A stretch of DNA of 64,000 nt from a virus. Taxonomy: Duplodnaviria > Caudoviricetes. Below are positions 40,609 to 49,280 of this stretch, piece after piece. The stretch lies in IMG/VR virus record IMGVR_UViG_3300042539_001740. The stretch is one strand, 5' to 3'. The position numbers and the translations under genes are program-made. How positions within the stretch are numbered: position 1 is the first letter of the stretch; each line of letters starts with the position of its first letter. The notes under the pieces are model-generated. The model was not told the DNA's origin. It ran no database searches and was given only the letters and a program-made list of their open reading frames with translations.

Positions 40609-41823
40609 TTATAAATAATATAAAACATCCGCAGCCCCAATAAAAGTAGCATTTGCACCTAATGGTGTTATACATAACCACATTTCATCTAAAGTACCAT
40701 TAACATTTGAACCAACTCTTATTTGATTGTCATCTAATTTAGTGGTCGTTAAAGCAGATGTACCAGCCTGACCAATTAATGATGTCATTACGTGTCCTGG
40801 TGTTGTTATTGTTGGAGTTCCATCACTTAAAGAATATTGAAAAGGTGAGTTAGGTATATCAGTCCAACTTGGCGTTGAAGATAATGTTGGATTGAATTCT
40901 ATAGTCAACAAGTAATTATCGTTTGAAGTGTTTAAGATACTGATTGTGTCAAACTGAGATGTTACACCAATGTAATTTTCTTTTAATCTATAGCCAATAT
41001 ATGGGTATTTTGTACCTGAGGTGGCCATCGTAGTTGTTGCGGTATGTGGAATTGAAACCGTAGAATACAAACCATTCAATGCACCTTCTGTAGATACTTG
41101 AGAACAAATCATATCAAAATAACCTGAACCAACACCAACTTGTCTTATTTCATATCTAATTGGTTGATTCGGTGAAGACATATATACTGTTGGAATATTG
41201 TTAGCAGCAGTATAATCAATAAAATATATTGTTTGACCTGATAAAACCATACCAAATCTCACTCTACCTACACCTAACCATTGATAATCTACAGTCATTA
41301 GATTTGTTTCAGCCCAATCAAAATTATTTGGGTCGAATTCGGTTGAGTTCCAAGTTGTTGAGTCAGCACTAAAAGTACAAGAACCACTTAAGAATATATT
41401 AAATGTTATTGCGCTAGTAACACCATTACTTTCCAAAAAGTAACCATCAAATACTGAATTATATGGTGACCCTGTTGTTGATTGAAAACACCCAACTCTT
41501 TTAATAACATTGGATTCAATTTGAAAATTACTAAAACTTCCCTCAAACAACTGACTTTTACCTGGTTGGTAAATTGGATGTGTTTTAGTTTTACGAATAA
41601 CTAAATCATTGTTAGCTGATGTTGACATTCTAACTCTTGCGTATTGTTGACTAAATACGGATGTTGCAGTACCAGCAGTTACCTCACTAACCTGAAGTGG
41701 ATTTTTATCAAATGTATGTTTAATATCCAAAAGATTTTGGACTGCGGCAGTCCTTAATCTACCGAAAGCGTCTAAGTTAGGTCCATCTGAATATTTTATT
41801 GAGTTATTAAAAATGTATGCCAT
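40609..41823 (-). CDS. Phage virion structural protein of the DAFGRLR type (possible lectin-like beta-sandwich)
   Basis: DAFGRLR, YQPGKS, YQWLGVGRVRFG and PIRYEI motifs, which I recognise from other large-phage structural proteins. Confidence 0.6.
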   Translation of the reverse strand: MAYIFNNSIKYSDGPNLDAFGRLRTAAVQNLLDIKHTFDKNPLQVSEVTAGTATSVFSQQYARVRMSTSANNDLVIRKTKTHPIYQPGKSQLFEGSFSNFQIESNVIKRVGCFQSTTGSPYNSVFDGYFLESNGVTSAITFNIFLSGSCTFSADSTTWNSTEFDPNNFDWAETNLMTVDYQWLGVGRVRFGMVLSGQTIYFIDYTAANNIPTVYMSSPNQPIRYEIRQVGVGSGYFDMICSQVSTEGALNGLYSTVSIPHTATTTMATSGTKYPYIGYRLKENYIGVTSQFDTISILNTSNDNYLLTIEFNPTLSSTPSWTDIPNSPFQYSLSDGTPTITTPGHVMTSLIGQAGTSALTTTKLDDNQIRVGSNVNGTLDEMWLCITPLGANATFIGAADVLYYL

Positions 41824-41824
41824 A

Positions 41825-42640
41825 TTATATTATCCACCAATTATTATTTCTTGCCACAAATGAAAGTGACATATAGTTTATGTTCATATCAACGTAAGCG
41901 TTCCCATCAATTGTACCCGAAGATGGTGTTATTCTTATTCTATAAGTACTTGCATAACCACCTTCGTCTTTGATTGTTAATTTATATCCTTGAATACCTG
42001 AGGGTGAAAATAAAGTGACATCAACATTACCTGAGTAACTTATTCCATTATAACTATAACCTGTAACTAATGTAATAGCTGAAGTTGATATACCAGTTGT
42101 TGATTCGGTGGAAGTACCTACACCTATAACATTAAAAGTACCACCAGTATTATTTACAAGTGTCAATGTTCCCGCCGAAAATGTACCACCAGTAACCCTT
42201 ATGTCCGTTGGTAAATTTTGATATGTCGTTGCTGATATTGTTCCACTACTAGTTGTTCCCGTGACTGATAAATTTCCATTAATTGTTAAACCAGTCATAG
42301 TATTAACATTTACAGAAAATGAACTTCCATCACTTTCAGATAAAGTAAATGTATTATTATTGTAAGTAAAAGCGGTAACACTTGTGTCTGTAAATCCTGT
42401 AACAAATCCTGAAACTGAAAAAGTACCACCAGAACTATTAGTAAATGTTATTACACCTGTTGAGGAATTATAAGTACCACCTGTAATGTATACCGATTGT
42501 ACTAAATTAGTTACTTGTTGGATTGTTGCTTTATATGATGAACCTGCAGGATTTTGCGATGTATCACTGGTATTAACAATATGTATTAAATCAGTGAATG
42601 TTACTCCTGTTGCTAAAGTTCTATCGGTAAGAAATGCCAT
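41825..42640 (-). CDS. Short tail-fibre-like protein with a gp9/gp10-like C-terminal domain
   Basis: TGGT(Y/F) repeats; C-terminal LTIKDEGG...ITPSSGTIDG...NYMSLSFV...WWII. Confidence 0.65.
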   Translation of the reverse strand: MAFLTDRTLATGVTFTDLIHIVNTSDTSQNPAGSSYKATIQQVTNLVQSVYITGGTYNSSTGVITFTNSSGGTFSVSGFVTGFTDTSVTAFTYNNNTFTLSESDGSSFSVNVNTMTGLTINGNLSVTGTTSSGTISATTYQNLPTDIRVTGGTFSAGTLTLVNNTGGTFNVIGVGTSTESTTGISTSAITLVTGYSYNGISYSGNVDVTLFSPSGIQGYKLTIKDEGGYASTYRIRITPSSGTIDGNAYVDMNINYMSLSFVARNNNWWII

Positions 42641-42661
42641 TTTATTTTTTTATATAAATAG

Positions 42662-42961
42662 TTAGGACATAAAGAAATATGGAACACCATCCATAAAAAA
42701 GAAATCTTGTAAATCCATAAAGTCCTTATTATCATCACTACAATATAAAACTTTGAATTTCTCACAACCATCACTTGTAATTACCTTAATACCCAAAGCT
42801 GGTGCAGTTTTGAATTGTTGTGGAAGTGCAAATAAATTATTTAAAGGTACGTTTGTATCAATGTACGCAACCAAAACACATTGAAGGCCATATACATCAC
42901 AAATATAAACTGTATAGGGAAAATTAAGACCAAAAATGGATGAAAATTCTAAAGTAGTCAT
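42662..42961 (-). CDS. Small Cys-containing beta-domain protein (99 aa)
   Basis: PYTVYICD...C, VITSDGCE; similar to 44969-45184; has its own TATTTAT. Confidence 0.7.
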   Translation of the reverse strand: MTTLEFSSIFGLNFPYTVYICDVYGLQCVLVAYIDTNVPLNNLFALPQQFKTAPALGIKVITSDGCEKFKVLYCSDDNKDFMDLQDFFFMDGVPYFFMS

Positions 42962-43001
42962 TTGAATAGTTACTTTAGATAAATACTACATTTTATATAA
43001 A

Positions 43002-44963
43002 CTAAAATCCACCATCAATCAAAGTACCTCCTTTACCTGTATCACCAATAGTTGAAATACAAATAGTACAATTTTCGAAGAAACTTACACCTGAAGTTGG
43101 AAAACTGTTTCCTGACAAATAAGTTGAAGTTGAACCCAAAGGTAACGTTGGATATGTGGTTGAATAAGAAATAAATTTCCAACATTGTCCATTGTATGGT
43201 GAACTTGATAAACTGAATACTTGATTTGGAGTATATGTCGGACCTGGTAAAGTTTGTATTACATATTGAGTTGGGTCAGAACATCTCTGATACAAATAAT
43301 AACCAACTGCTTGTGAAGACGTTGGAGTAGGTGTTAATGTTGGAGTGATGGATGGGGTTGGTGTAATTGTAGGGGTTGGGGTTATATCAGGAGTACAAAC
43401 ACTATCACAACTTGACAAACCAGTGATACTTCCCAAAGGACCATCAACCAAATCTATTTGGTCAACACCGATTACGTCTAATTCTATACCTAAGAACACA
43501 ACACACTTTGAAACACCATTTATATTTGCCTTGAATATATCTGATTGTGTTAAAGTACCACCTGATGGTAATATTATTGGATTTACAGCATAATATAAAC
43601 TACCATTTGAACAATCAACGAACTTCTTACTCGAAGGACATTCTAATATTCCAATTACTGGATTAAAGGTAACTGTTCCTGAGATATTACAAGGTCTTGT
43701 CACTTCAGGTGTCATTGTAGGTGTTACACTTATTGTTGGTGTTGGAGTTGGTGTATAACCAGTAATTGTTGCATCCAATGCTCTACCACCACAAGGGTCA
43801 CTTGGTGTTGGTGTTGGAGTTATTGTTGGTGTTAAAGAGATTGTAGGTGTTACACTCGGAGTAGGAGTAACTTCACAATCAAAAACCGCAGTGAAATCTA
43901 AAACTGAACAATTTACAGTTGGTGTTGGTGTTGGTGTTGGACATGCTCCACTGAAAACATAATCATCACATAAATCGGGACAACTTGAGTTACAAGGATA
44001 TGGTCCTTCAAGTAAACAAGAGCCACCCAACGTAGTCGATAAACACCAAGTACCTCCAGTTGTAAAATATATAAAGTCACCATTCGTTGTTCCAGACCAA
44101 TATGTTTCACTATTATATGTACCAGCAGACAAGTAGGTGTCATCATAACCTAAACCTGTGTCACTTATACAATATATGGGTGGACAACCCAAACAAGAAA
44201 TTAATTCACTAAAAAGATTAATTGAAGAACCTGTTAAATCCGATAAACAATTTAAAGCATTATCAATAGTTGTTGTAGTAAATGATGGACAATAACTTGT
44301 TGTTAATGAACCAGCACCCCTTGGAACTGATGTGGTTAAATTTTCTATTTCCCAATCATTAGTGTCCCAATACATTACCATAAAGTCACCATTGATATTT
44401 GTAAACGTATAATATTGTCTGCCATTTATAATACCATCATTGTATAATCCTCTATAATAATAACCACCTGAATATTCGATTCCAAGTAATAGACAACATT
44501 CATCTATATTACATTGATATGTATTTGTACAATCAACACAATCTGTAAAAATAACTGGAATTGCAAAATCCATTTGTAATGCTGTCACATATGGATATGA
44601 TGCTGCGTCACCATCGTCTGTAATGTTATGACATCCATAACTAACGTTAGTACTATTAGTAAAAGCTGCAAAGTAGACATAATATGACGCACCTGAAAAA
44701 CCTGATAACGAATTAGGAATTTCGACAGAAAATGAATCAACAGAACAACATGCAGAAAAATCGTAGGTTAAATCTAAAGTACCTTGTAATTGTACATCCA
44801 AACCCACATAAGTTGAACCAGTAACGGATTCATCAGCTGAAATATAAAATGTTTGACTTGGTGGTATATTAATTATAATATTACTACCTTGAGAATCTAT
44901 GAATGTGAATCCACTATATAATGTAGAACCTGTGTTTGCAACAAAAAAGCCGTAATTAGCCAT
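43002..44963 (-). CDS. Cys-rich fibre/adhesin-like protein with four (Thr-Pro)n tracts
   Basis: About 32 Cys in 653 aa by my count; PTPTPTPT, TPTPSVTPTISLTPTITPTPTP and similar tracts. Confidence 0.7.
   Translation of the reverse strand: MANYGFFVANTGSTLYSGFTFIDSQGSNIIINIPPSQTFYISADESVTGSTYVGLDVQLQGTLDLTYDFSACCSVDSFSVEIPNSLSGFSGASYYVYFAAFTNSTNVSYGCHNITDDGDAASYPYVTALQMDFAIPVIFTDCVDCTNTYQCNIDECCLLLGIEYSGGYYYRGLYNDGIINGRQYYTFTNINGDFMVMYWDTNDWEIENLTTSVPRGAGSLTTSYCPSFTTTTIDNALNCLSDLTGSSINLFSELISCLGCPPIYCISDTGLGYDDTYLSAGTYNSETYWSGTTNGDFIYFTTGGTWCLSTTLGGSCLLEGPYPCNSSCPDLCDDYVFSGACPTPTPTPTVNCSVLDFTAVFDCEVTPTPSVTPTISLTPTITPTPTPSDPCGGRALDATITGYTPTPTPTISVTPTMTPEVTRPCNISGTVTFNPVIGILECPSSKKFVDCSNGSLYYAVNPIILPSGGTLTQSDIFKANINGVSKCVVFLGIELDVIGVDQIDLVDGPLGSITGLSSCDSVCTPDITPTPTITPTPSITPTLTPTPTSSQAVGYYLYQRCSDPTQYVIQTLPGPTYTPNQVFSLSSSPYNGQCWKFISYSTTYPTLPLGSTSTYLSGNSFPTSGVSFFENCTICISTIGDTGKGGTLIDGGF
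43319..43942 (-). repeat. Mucin-like Thr-Pro codon repeats
   Basis: Degenerate (acacca)n tracts at about 43319-43394, 43715-43760, 43801-43870 and 43919-43942. Confidence 0.85.
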
Positions 44964-44968
44964 TATTA

Positions 44969-45184
44969 TTATACTACTAAATTGGAGATTATTTCACAAT
45001 TATTATCGTCAACAACCTTAAGATTATATGATAATTGACCATCCAAAATGAATGGGACATCAAAAGAATATGTTCCACCAGTTATGGTTGAAACATATAC
45101 ACAAGTTGTAAGGGGGTCATCACATAAATAAATGTCGAAGGGTGTAGCCCCAGTTACTCCATTTATTGTTATCGTTGTTGGCAT
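44969..45184 (-). CDS. Small Cys-containing beta-domain protein (71 aa)
   Basis: PFDIYLCD...C, VVDDNNCE; first gene of the minus-strand block, with TATTTAT at 45203-45209. Confidence 0.7.
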   Translation of the reverse strand: MPTTITINGVTGATPFDIYLCDDPLTTCVYVSTITGGTYSFDVPFILDGQLSYNLKVVDDNNCEIISNLVV

Positions 45185-45237
45185 TTGACAAAATTGTTTT
45201 TTATAAATATATTAGGTAGTAAAACTTTGTGAATATT

Positions 45238-46140
45238 ATGGCTGACGACAATGAAATAATAGTAGATTTACTCAATGACATATTTGGAAAGGAAAAACAA
45301 CATTACGAGTCCAAATGTCAAGTTTCATACAATTGCCCTAATTGTGATGAAGGTAAAAATAAGGGTAATTTGGAGATTAATTATTTCAAACATCTATTTC
45401 ATTGTTGGAGTTGTGGTGATACGGACAATATGCACGGGTCACTTGGAAAGTTAATAAAAAAATATGGTAAAAAGTCACATTATAAAACATATTCCATATT
45501 AGCTCCAGAAGAAAACAAACCATTACAAAGAAAGAAAGTTGAAAAACTAAAATTACCTGAACACTTCAAGAAGTTCAACGAAGTTTCAAGTATCTATCCT
45601 GTAAGGAGACAAGCCTACAACTATCTAATGAATAGAGGTATTACTGATGAAATTATTGAAAGATATGGTATTGGATTTTGTGATAATGGTAGTCACGCAG
45701 GTAGAATTATAATACCATCATATGATAATAAAAATGAATTAAATTATTATATTGCGAGAAGTTGGGATTTACATACAAAAGCTAAATATAAGAATCCTGA
45801 ATCGGAAAAAGATAAAATCATATTCTTTGAGAGTTTGATAGATTGGGAAAAAGATATTACCTTGGTTGAGGGAGTATTTGATTCTATCTTTATACCAAAT
45901 AGTATACCAATGTTGGGGAAACATATGAGTTCGTTATTATTTAATATCTTGTACGAGAAAGCCAAAAGAAATATAACAATTGCATTGGATGGTGATGCCT
46001 ATGATAATGCGGTAAGTTTATACCACGAGTTAAATGGTGGTGAATTATATGGAAGAATAAAGATTGTAAAATTACCACTTGATAAGGACATCGCTGATTT
46101 GAGGGGAAACATAAATGAATATTACATAACAATAAGATGA
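45238..46140 (+). CDS. dnaG: DnaG-type DNA primase
   Basis: Zn finger CPNC...FHCWSC, AKYKNP, TOPRIM LVEGVFD and ALDGDA. Confidence 0.9.
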   Translation: MADDNEIIVDLLNDIFGKEKQHYESKCQVSYNCPNCDEGKNKGNLEINYFKHLFHCWSCGDTDNMHGSLGKLIKKYGKKSHYKTYSILAPEENKPLQRKKVEKLKLPEHFKKFNEVSSIYPVRRQAYNYLMNRGITDEIIERYGIGFCDNGSHAGRIIIPSYDNKNELNYYIARSWDLHTKAKYKNPESEKDKIIFFESLIDWEKDITLVEGVFDSIFIPNSIPMLGKHMSSLLFNILYEKAKRNITIALDGDAYDNAVSLYHELNGGELYGRIKIVKLPLDKDIADLRGNINEYYITIR

Positions 46141-46982
46141 CAGATTTATATAAAGTAAGAGATGAGATATTGGAAATAGTGGGGAATAGACAAAAAGAAC
46201 TACAACTTACATTTGAGGAAGAAGCTCATAAATATACAATGTTGGATATCAATGGAAAACTGAAAGATGATTGGTATTCCGTATCAAAGATTATTAAAAA
46301 ATATTACGATGAGTTTCCAGCTGAAGAAATTGCATTAAAAAAGGCCAAAGGTGATGTTGAAGAACAACAAAAATTATTAAAAGAATGGGCTGATGCTGGT
46401 ACATATTCTACTAACTTGGGGAGTAGAACCCACTATTTGTTGGAACAAAAATCATTGGAAATGTTTGATATCGAAAAAGAAGTTAGACAACCCATATTTG
46501 ATTGTGATTTTGAACAAATATTGAAGAGTGATAGAATGGTTAGTGCTGGTGGTAATTATTTGGAATTAATGAAAGAAAGAGGTGCGGTTTTACTAGATAC
46601 TGAAATGGTATTAGGTGATAACGAATTACAATATGTTGGACAACCCGACCAAATGTGGTTAATTGAAAATAAAGAAAAAAACCAAATAGGTATTTTCTGT
46701 GGTGATTATAAAACTAACAAACCAAAAAACTTTGAATCTAATCAATTTACCAAACCAATGAAGTATCCCTTCAATAAGTTACCAAACAATGCTTTGGGAC
46801 ACTACTATATCCAACTTCCACTATATTTAAGATTATTATTTAAAATGTTGAAAGGAAGTAAGTATGAAAATATTGGACTATTTGGGGCAATTATAGTATT
46901 ATTGAAAGACGATGGGACATTTGAAGAATTTAGAATACCAACATCGGTTATTAATCAGGTAATGAATTTGAAAATCTTTTAA
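46137..46982 (+). CDS. PD-(D/E)XK exonuclease-like protein
   Basis: GSRTH, DTEMVL, GQPDQ, GDYKTN and HYYIQLPLY motifs. Confidence 0.8.
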   Translation: MTDLYKVRDEILEIVGNRQKELQLTFEEEAHKYTMLDINGKLKDDWYSVSKIIKKYYDEFPAEEIALKKAKGDVEEQQKLLKEWADAGTYSTNLGSRTHYLLEQKSLEMFDIEKEVRQPIFDCDFEQILKSDRMVSAGGNYLELMKERGAVLLDTEMVLGDNELQYVGQPDQMWLIENKEKNQIGIFCGDYKTNKPKNFESNQFTKPMKYPFNKLPNNALGHYYIQLPLYLRLLFKMLKGSKYENIGLFGAIIVLLKDDGTFEEFRIPTSVINQVMNLKIF

Positions 46983-46988
46983 AACAAA

Positions 46989-47174
46989 ATGGAATTGGAA
47001 AACGAAGTATTAATTGAAAGGGAGAAGGAATATCTCGATGACTTGAAAATGGTGCTCAAAAAATTAAAAAAGAAATACACATTTATTTATAATGGTGTGA
47101 AGTTTGTCTCTGATAGGGAAATTATAGGTGTTGAACCTGAGACATATAAATTAATTTACAAAAACAACAATTAA
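46989..47174 (+). CDS. Hypothetical protein (61 aa)
   Basis: Packed ORF within the operon. Confidence 0.6.
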   Translation: MELENEVLIEREKEYLDDLKMVLKKLKKKYTFIYNGVKFVSDREIIGVEPETYKLIYKNNN

Positions 47175-47177
47175 AAA

Positions 47178-47450
47178 ATGGAAAACCAAAAATTAGAATC
47201 AGTTGAAGTTTCAGTTTATGAATCTTTTACAACTTACCTTAGAAAAAAACCATTGGTTATTAACATTACAGATTATCCTGAATTGGATGGTATGGATGAA
47301 GACCAAATCCAAGCTTATATTTTGGAAAATGGTTGGGATATGAAACCTATGGATGGTAATGTTTATGAAAGTTTGATGGAAGAACTTAATAACCAAGATA
47401 CCGAATGGGATAAAATTGATAATGAAGATTTTAATATAATTGTAGAATAA
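47178..47450 (+). CDS. Acidic hypothetical protein (90 aa)
   Basis: Packed ORF with an A-rich leader. Confidence 0.7.
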   Translation: MENQKLESVEVSVYESFTTYLRKKPLVINITDYPELDGMDEDQIQAYILENGWDMKPMDGNVYESLMEELNNQDTEWDKIDNEDFNIIVE

Positions 47451-47451
47451 T

Positions 47452-47682
47452 ATGGATAACCTAATTAATACAGAACAAAACCTACCAAAAATTGACCTTA
47501 AAGAACAACCAACTATTACCTGTGAGGAGTGTGGGTCAAAATACTTTAAAGAAGTAGTTCTAATCAAAAAAGTTTCTAAAATGTTAACAGGTAGTTTTGA
47601 AGATACCTTAGTACCATTCCCAACTTATCGTTGTGATGATTGTGGACACGTTAATCCCGACTTCGAATTATTTGATAAATGA
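47452..47682 (+). CDS. Small zinc-ribbon protein
   Basis: CEECG...CDDCGH. Confidence 0.75.
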   Translation: MDNLINTEQNLPKIDLKEQPTITCEECGSKYFKEVVLIKKVSKMLTGSFEDTLVPFPTYRCDDCGHVNPDFELFDK

Positions 47683-47882
47683 TAGATAACAAGATATTAT
47701 TGGAAACTTATATGATTGGTTTCTCTGACGAGTTGAAAGGTGAAACAAGGGAATTCAAAGACCCAATGTTAATAAGAGCATATGAGTTGGGAAAAGTTGA
47801 TGCCTTTGTTGGTGATGATGTTATGTCCGTTAATTACCAATCTGACGAACATTTATTAAAACGAATTAAAAATTATGATTAA
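47679..47882 (+). CDS. Hypothetical protein (67 aa)
   Basis: ATGA-coupled at its start and overlapping the next gene. Confidence 0.7.
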   Translation: MIDNKILLETYMIGFSDELKGETREFKDPMLIRAYELGKVDAFVGDDVMSVNYQSDEHLLKRIKNYD

Positions 47883-48651
47883 AAAATTGGTTCATTTCTC
47901 AGATTTGCATTTGAGATTAATTAAAGACCACGACCTATATAAAACAATCCTTACGGATATGTTTAACCAATTCAAGGAAATACAACCTGATAGAGTCGTA
48001 TTTACAGGCGACCTAGTACATAGTAAAAATCAAGTCAGCCCTGAACTTATTGAAATGGTAAGGTGGGTATTAGATGAATGTTCAAAGATTGCCAAAACAA
48101 TTGTTATTGTTGGTAACCACGATATGTTGGAGAACAACTTATCACGATTAGACACATTAACCCCCATCATCCAATCAATGGACAATGACAATATTGTTTA
48201 TTATAAGGATAGAGGTGTATATCAAGACGAAAATATAGATTGGGTTGTTTATTCATTATTTGAACATAACATTCCACCAGTTATAGAGAAGTCAGACAGA
48301 TTAAAGATTGGGTTATTTCACGGACCTATTGTTGGTTTATACACAGATATTGGATATAAGTTTGAGACAGGATATGAGGTCAGTAAGTTTGAAGGATGTG
48401 ATATTGTTCTATGTGGTGATATACATGCCAGACAAACGATTTATTTGGATAAAACACCAATAATCCAAGTAGGCTCAACAATCCAACAAAACTTTGGGGA
48501 ATCTTTACGGAAACACGGATTTGGAATATATGATGTTATTAAAGATGATTATTCATTTGTTGACTTGAATAATCCTCGACCATTCCTTAAGTTTGAGATG
48601 AACTCATTTGAAGATATTATTGATGGAAAAGAAAAATTACTTAACGCTTAA
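47875..48651 (+). CDS. sbcD: SbcD/Mre11/gp47-like metallophosphoesterase nuclease domain
   Basis: SDLH, TGDLVH, GNHD, LFHG and GDIH motifs; an sbcC-like gene lies downstream. Confidence 0.85.
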   Translation: MIKKLVHFSDLHLRLIKDHDLYKTILTDMFNQFKEIQPDRVVFTGDLVHSKNQVSPELIEMVRWVLDECSKIAKTIVIVGNHDMLENNLSRLDTLTPIIQSMDNDNIVYYKDRGVYQDENIDWVVYSLFEHNIPPVIEKSDRLKIGLFHGPIVGLYTDIGYKFETGYEVSKFEGCDIVLCGDIHARQTIYLDKTPIIQVGSTIQQNFGESLRKHGFGIYDVIKDDYSFVDLNNPRPFLKFEMNSFEDIIDGKEKLLNA

Positions 48652-49243
48652 TAAACAAAACCAAAAAGATTTAACTGATTATTGTAAGTTAAATAATATT
48701 GAAGATGTTGATAAGTTCTTCCAGAAATGTTTTAAGAGGGGATATGATATTGAAAGATATGGATTGATTGGAAATACAAGTGAACCTGAAAAAATAATAG
48801 AATATGTTGAAAAAGAAGTTCCTATTGAGGTTGTTAAATATATCGAGAAAGAGACAATTAGAGAAGTCCCAATCGAAGTTATTAAAGAGGTTGAAAAGGA
48901 GGTCATTAACACAGTCTATGTCGAGAAGGAAGTCCCAATCGAAAAGATAGTTGAGGTAATAAAAGAAATACCTATTTACATATCAGGTGACACTCAAATT
49001 ATTGAAAAGATAATTGAAATTCCAATTGAGGTTATAAAAGAAGTTGAAGTAGTTAAGGAGATTGATAAACCAAATGAAAAGATGGGGATGTTACAAGAAA
49101 CCTTGATGAAACTGAGAAGGGAAATGGGGGATAAAGACAAAACAATTACAGAACTCAACAATAAGATTGAACAATTAGAGAAATTGGTATCAAACACTGG
49201 TGCCATATATATGAAAGGGTCAAACCTCAGTCAAAATCTTTAA
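48608..49243 (+). CDS. Protein with EVPIE/KEVE repeats and a C-terminal coiled coil
   Basis: Several (K/E)E(V/I)PIE(V/K)I copies. Confidence 0.75.
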   Translation: MKILLMEKKNYLTLNKQNQKDLTDYCKLNNIEDVDKFFQKCFKRGYDIERYGLIGNTSEPEKIIEYVEKEVPIEVVKYIEKETIREVPIEVIKEVEKEVINTVYVEKEVPIEKIVEVIKEIPIYISGDTQIIEKIIEIPIEVIKEVEVVKEIDKPNEKMGMLQETLMKLRREMGDKDKTITELNNKIEQLEKLVSNTGAIYMKGSNLSQNL

Positions 49244-49280
49244 TTTTTTATTAGTCCCACTATTTTAATATAAAAAAGTA

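Noticed and set aside
43319-43942. CRISPR-like or diversity-generating-retroelement repeats
   Set aside because: The repeats are degenerate in-frame Thr-Pro codons. I saw no unique spacers, no reverse transcriptase and no TR/VR pair.
46137-46982. Cas4 / CRISPR association of the PD-(D/E)XK nuclease
   Set aside because: There is no four-Cys Fe-S cluster, no cas1/cas2 and no repeat-spacer array in the window.
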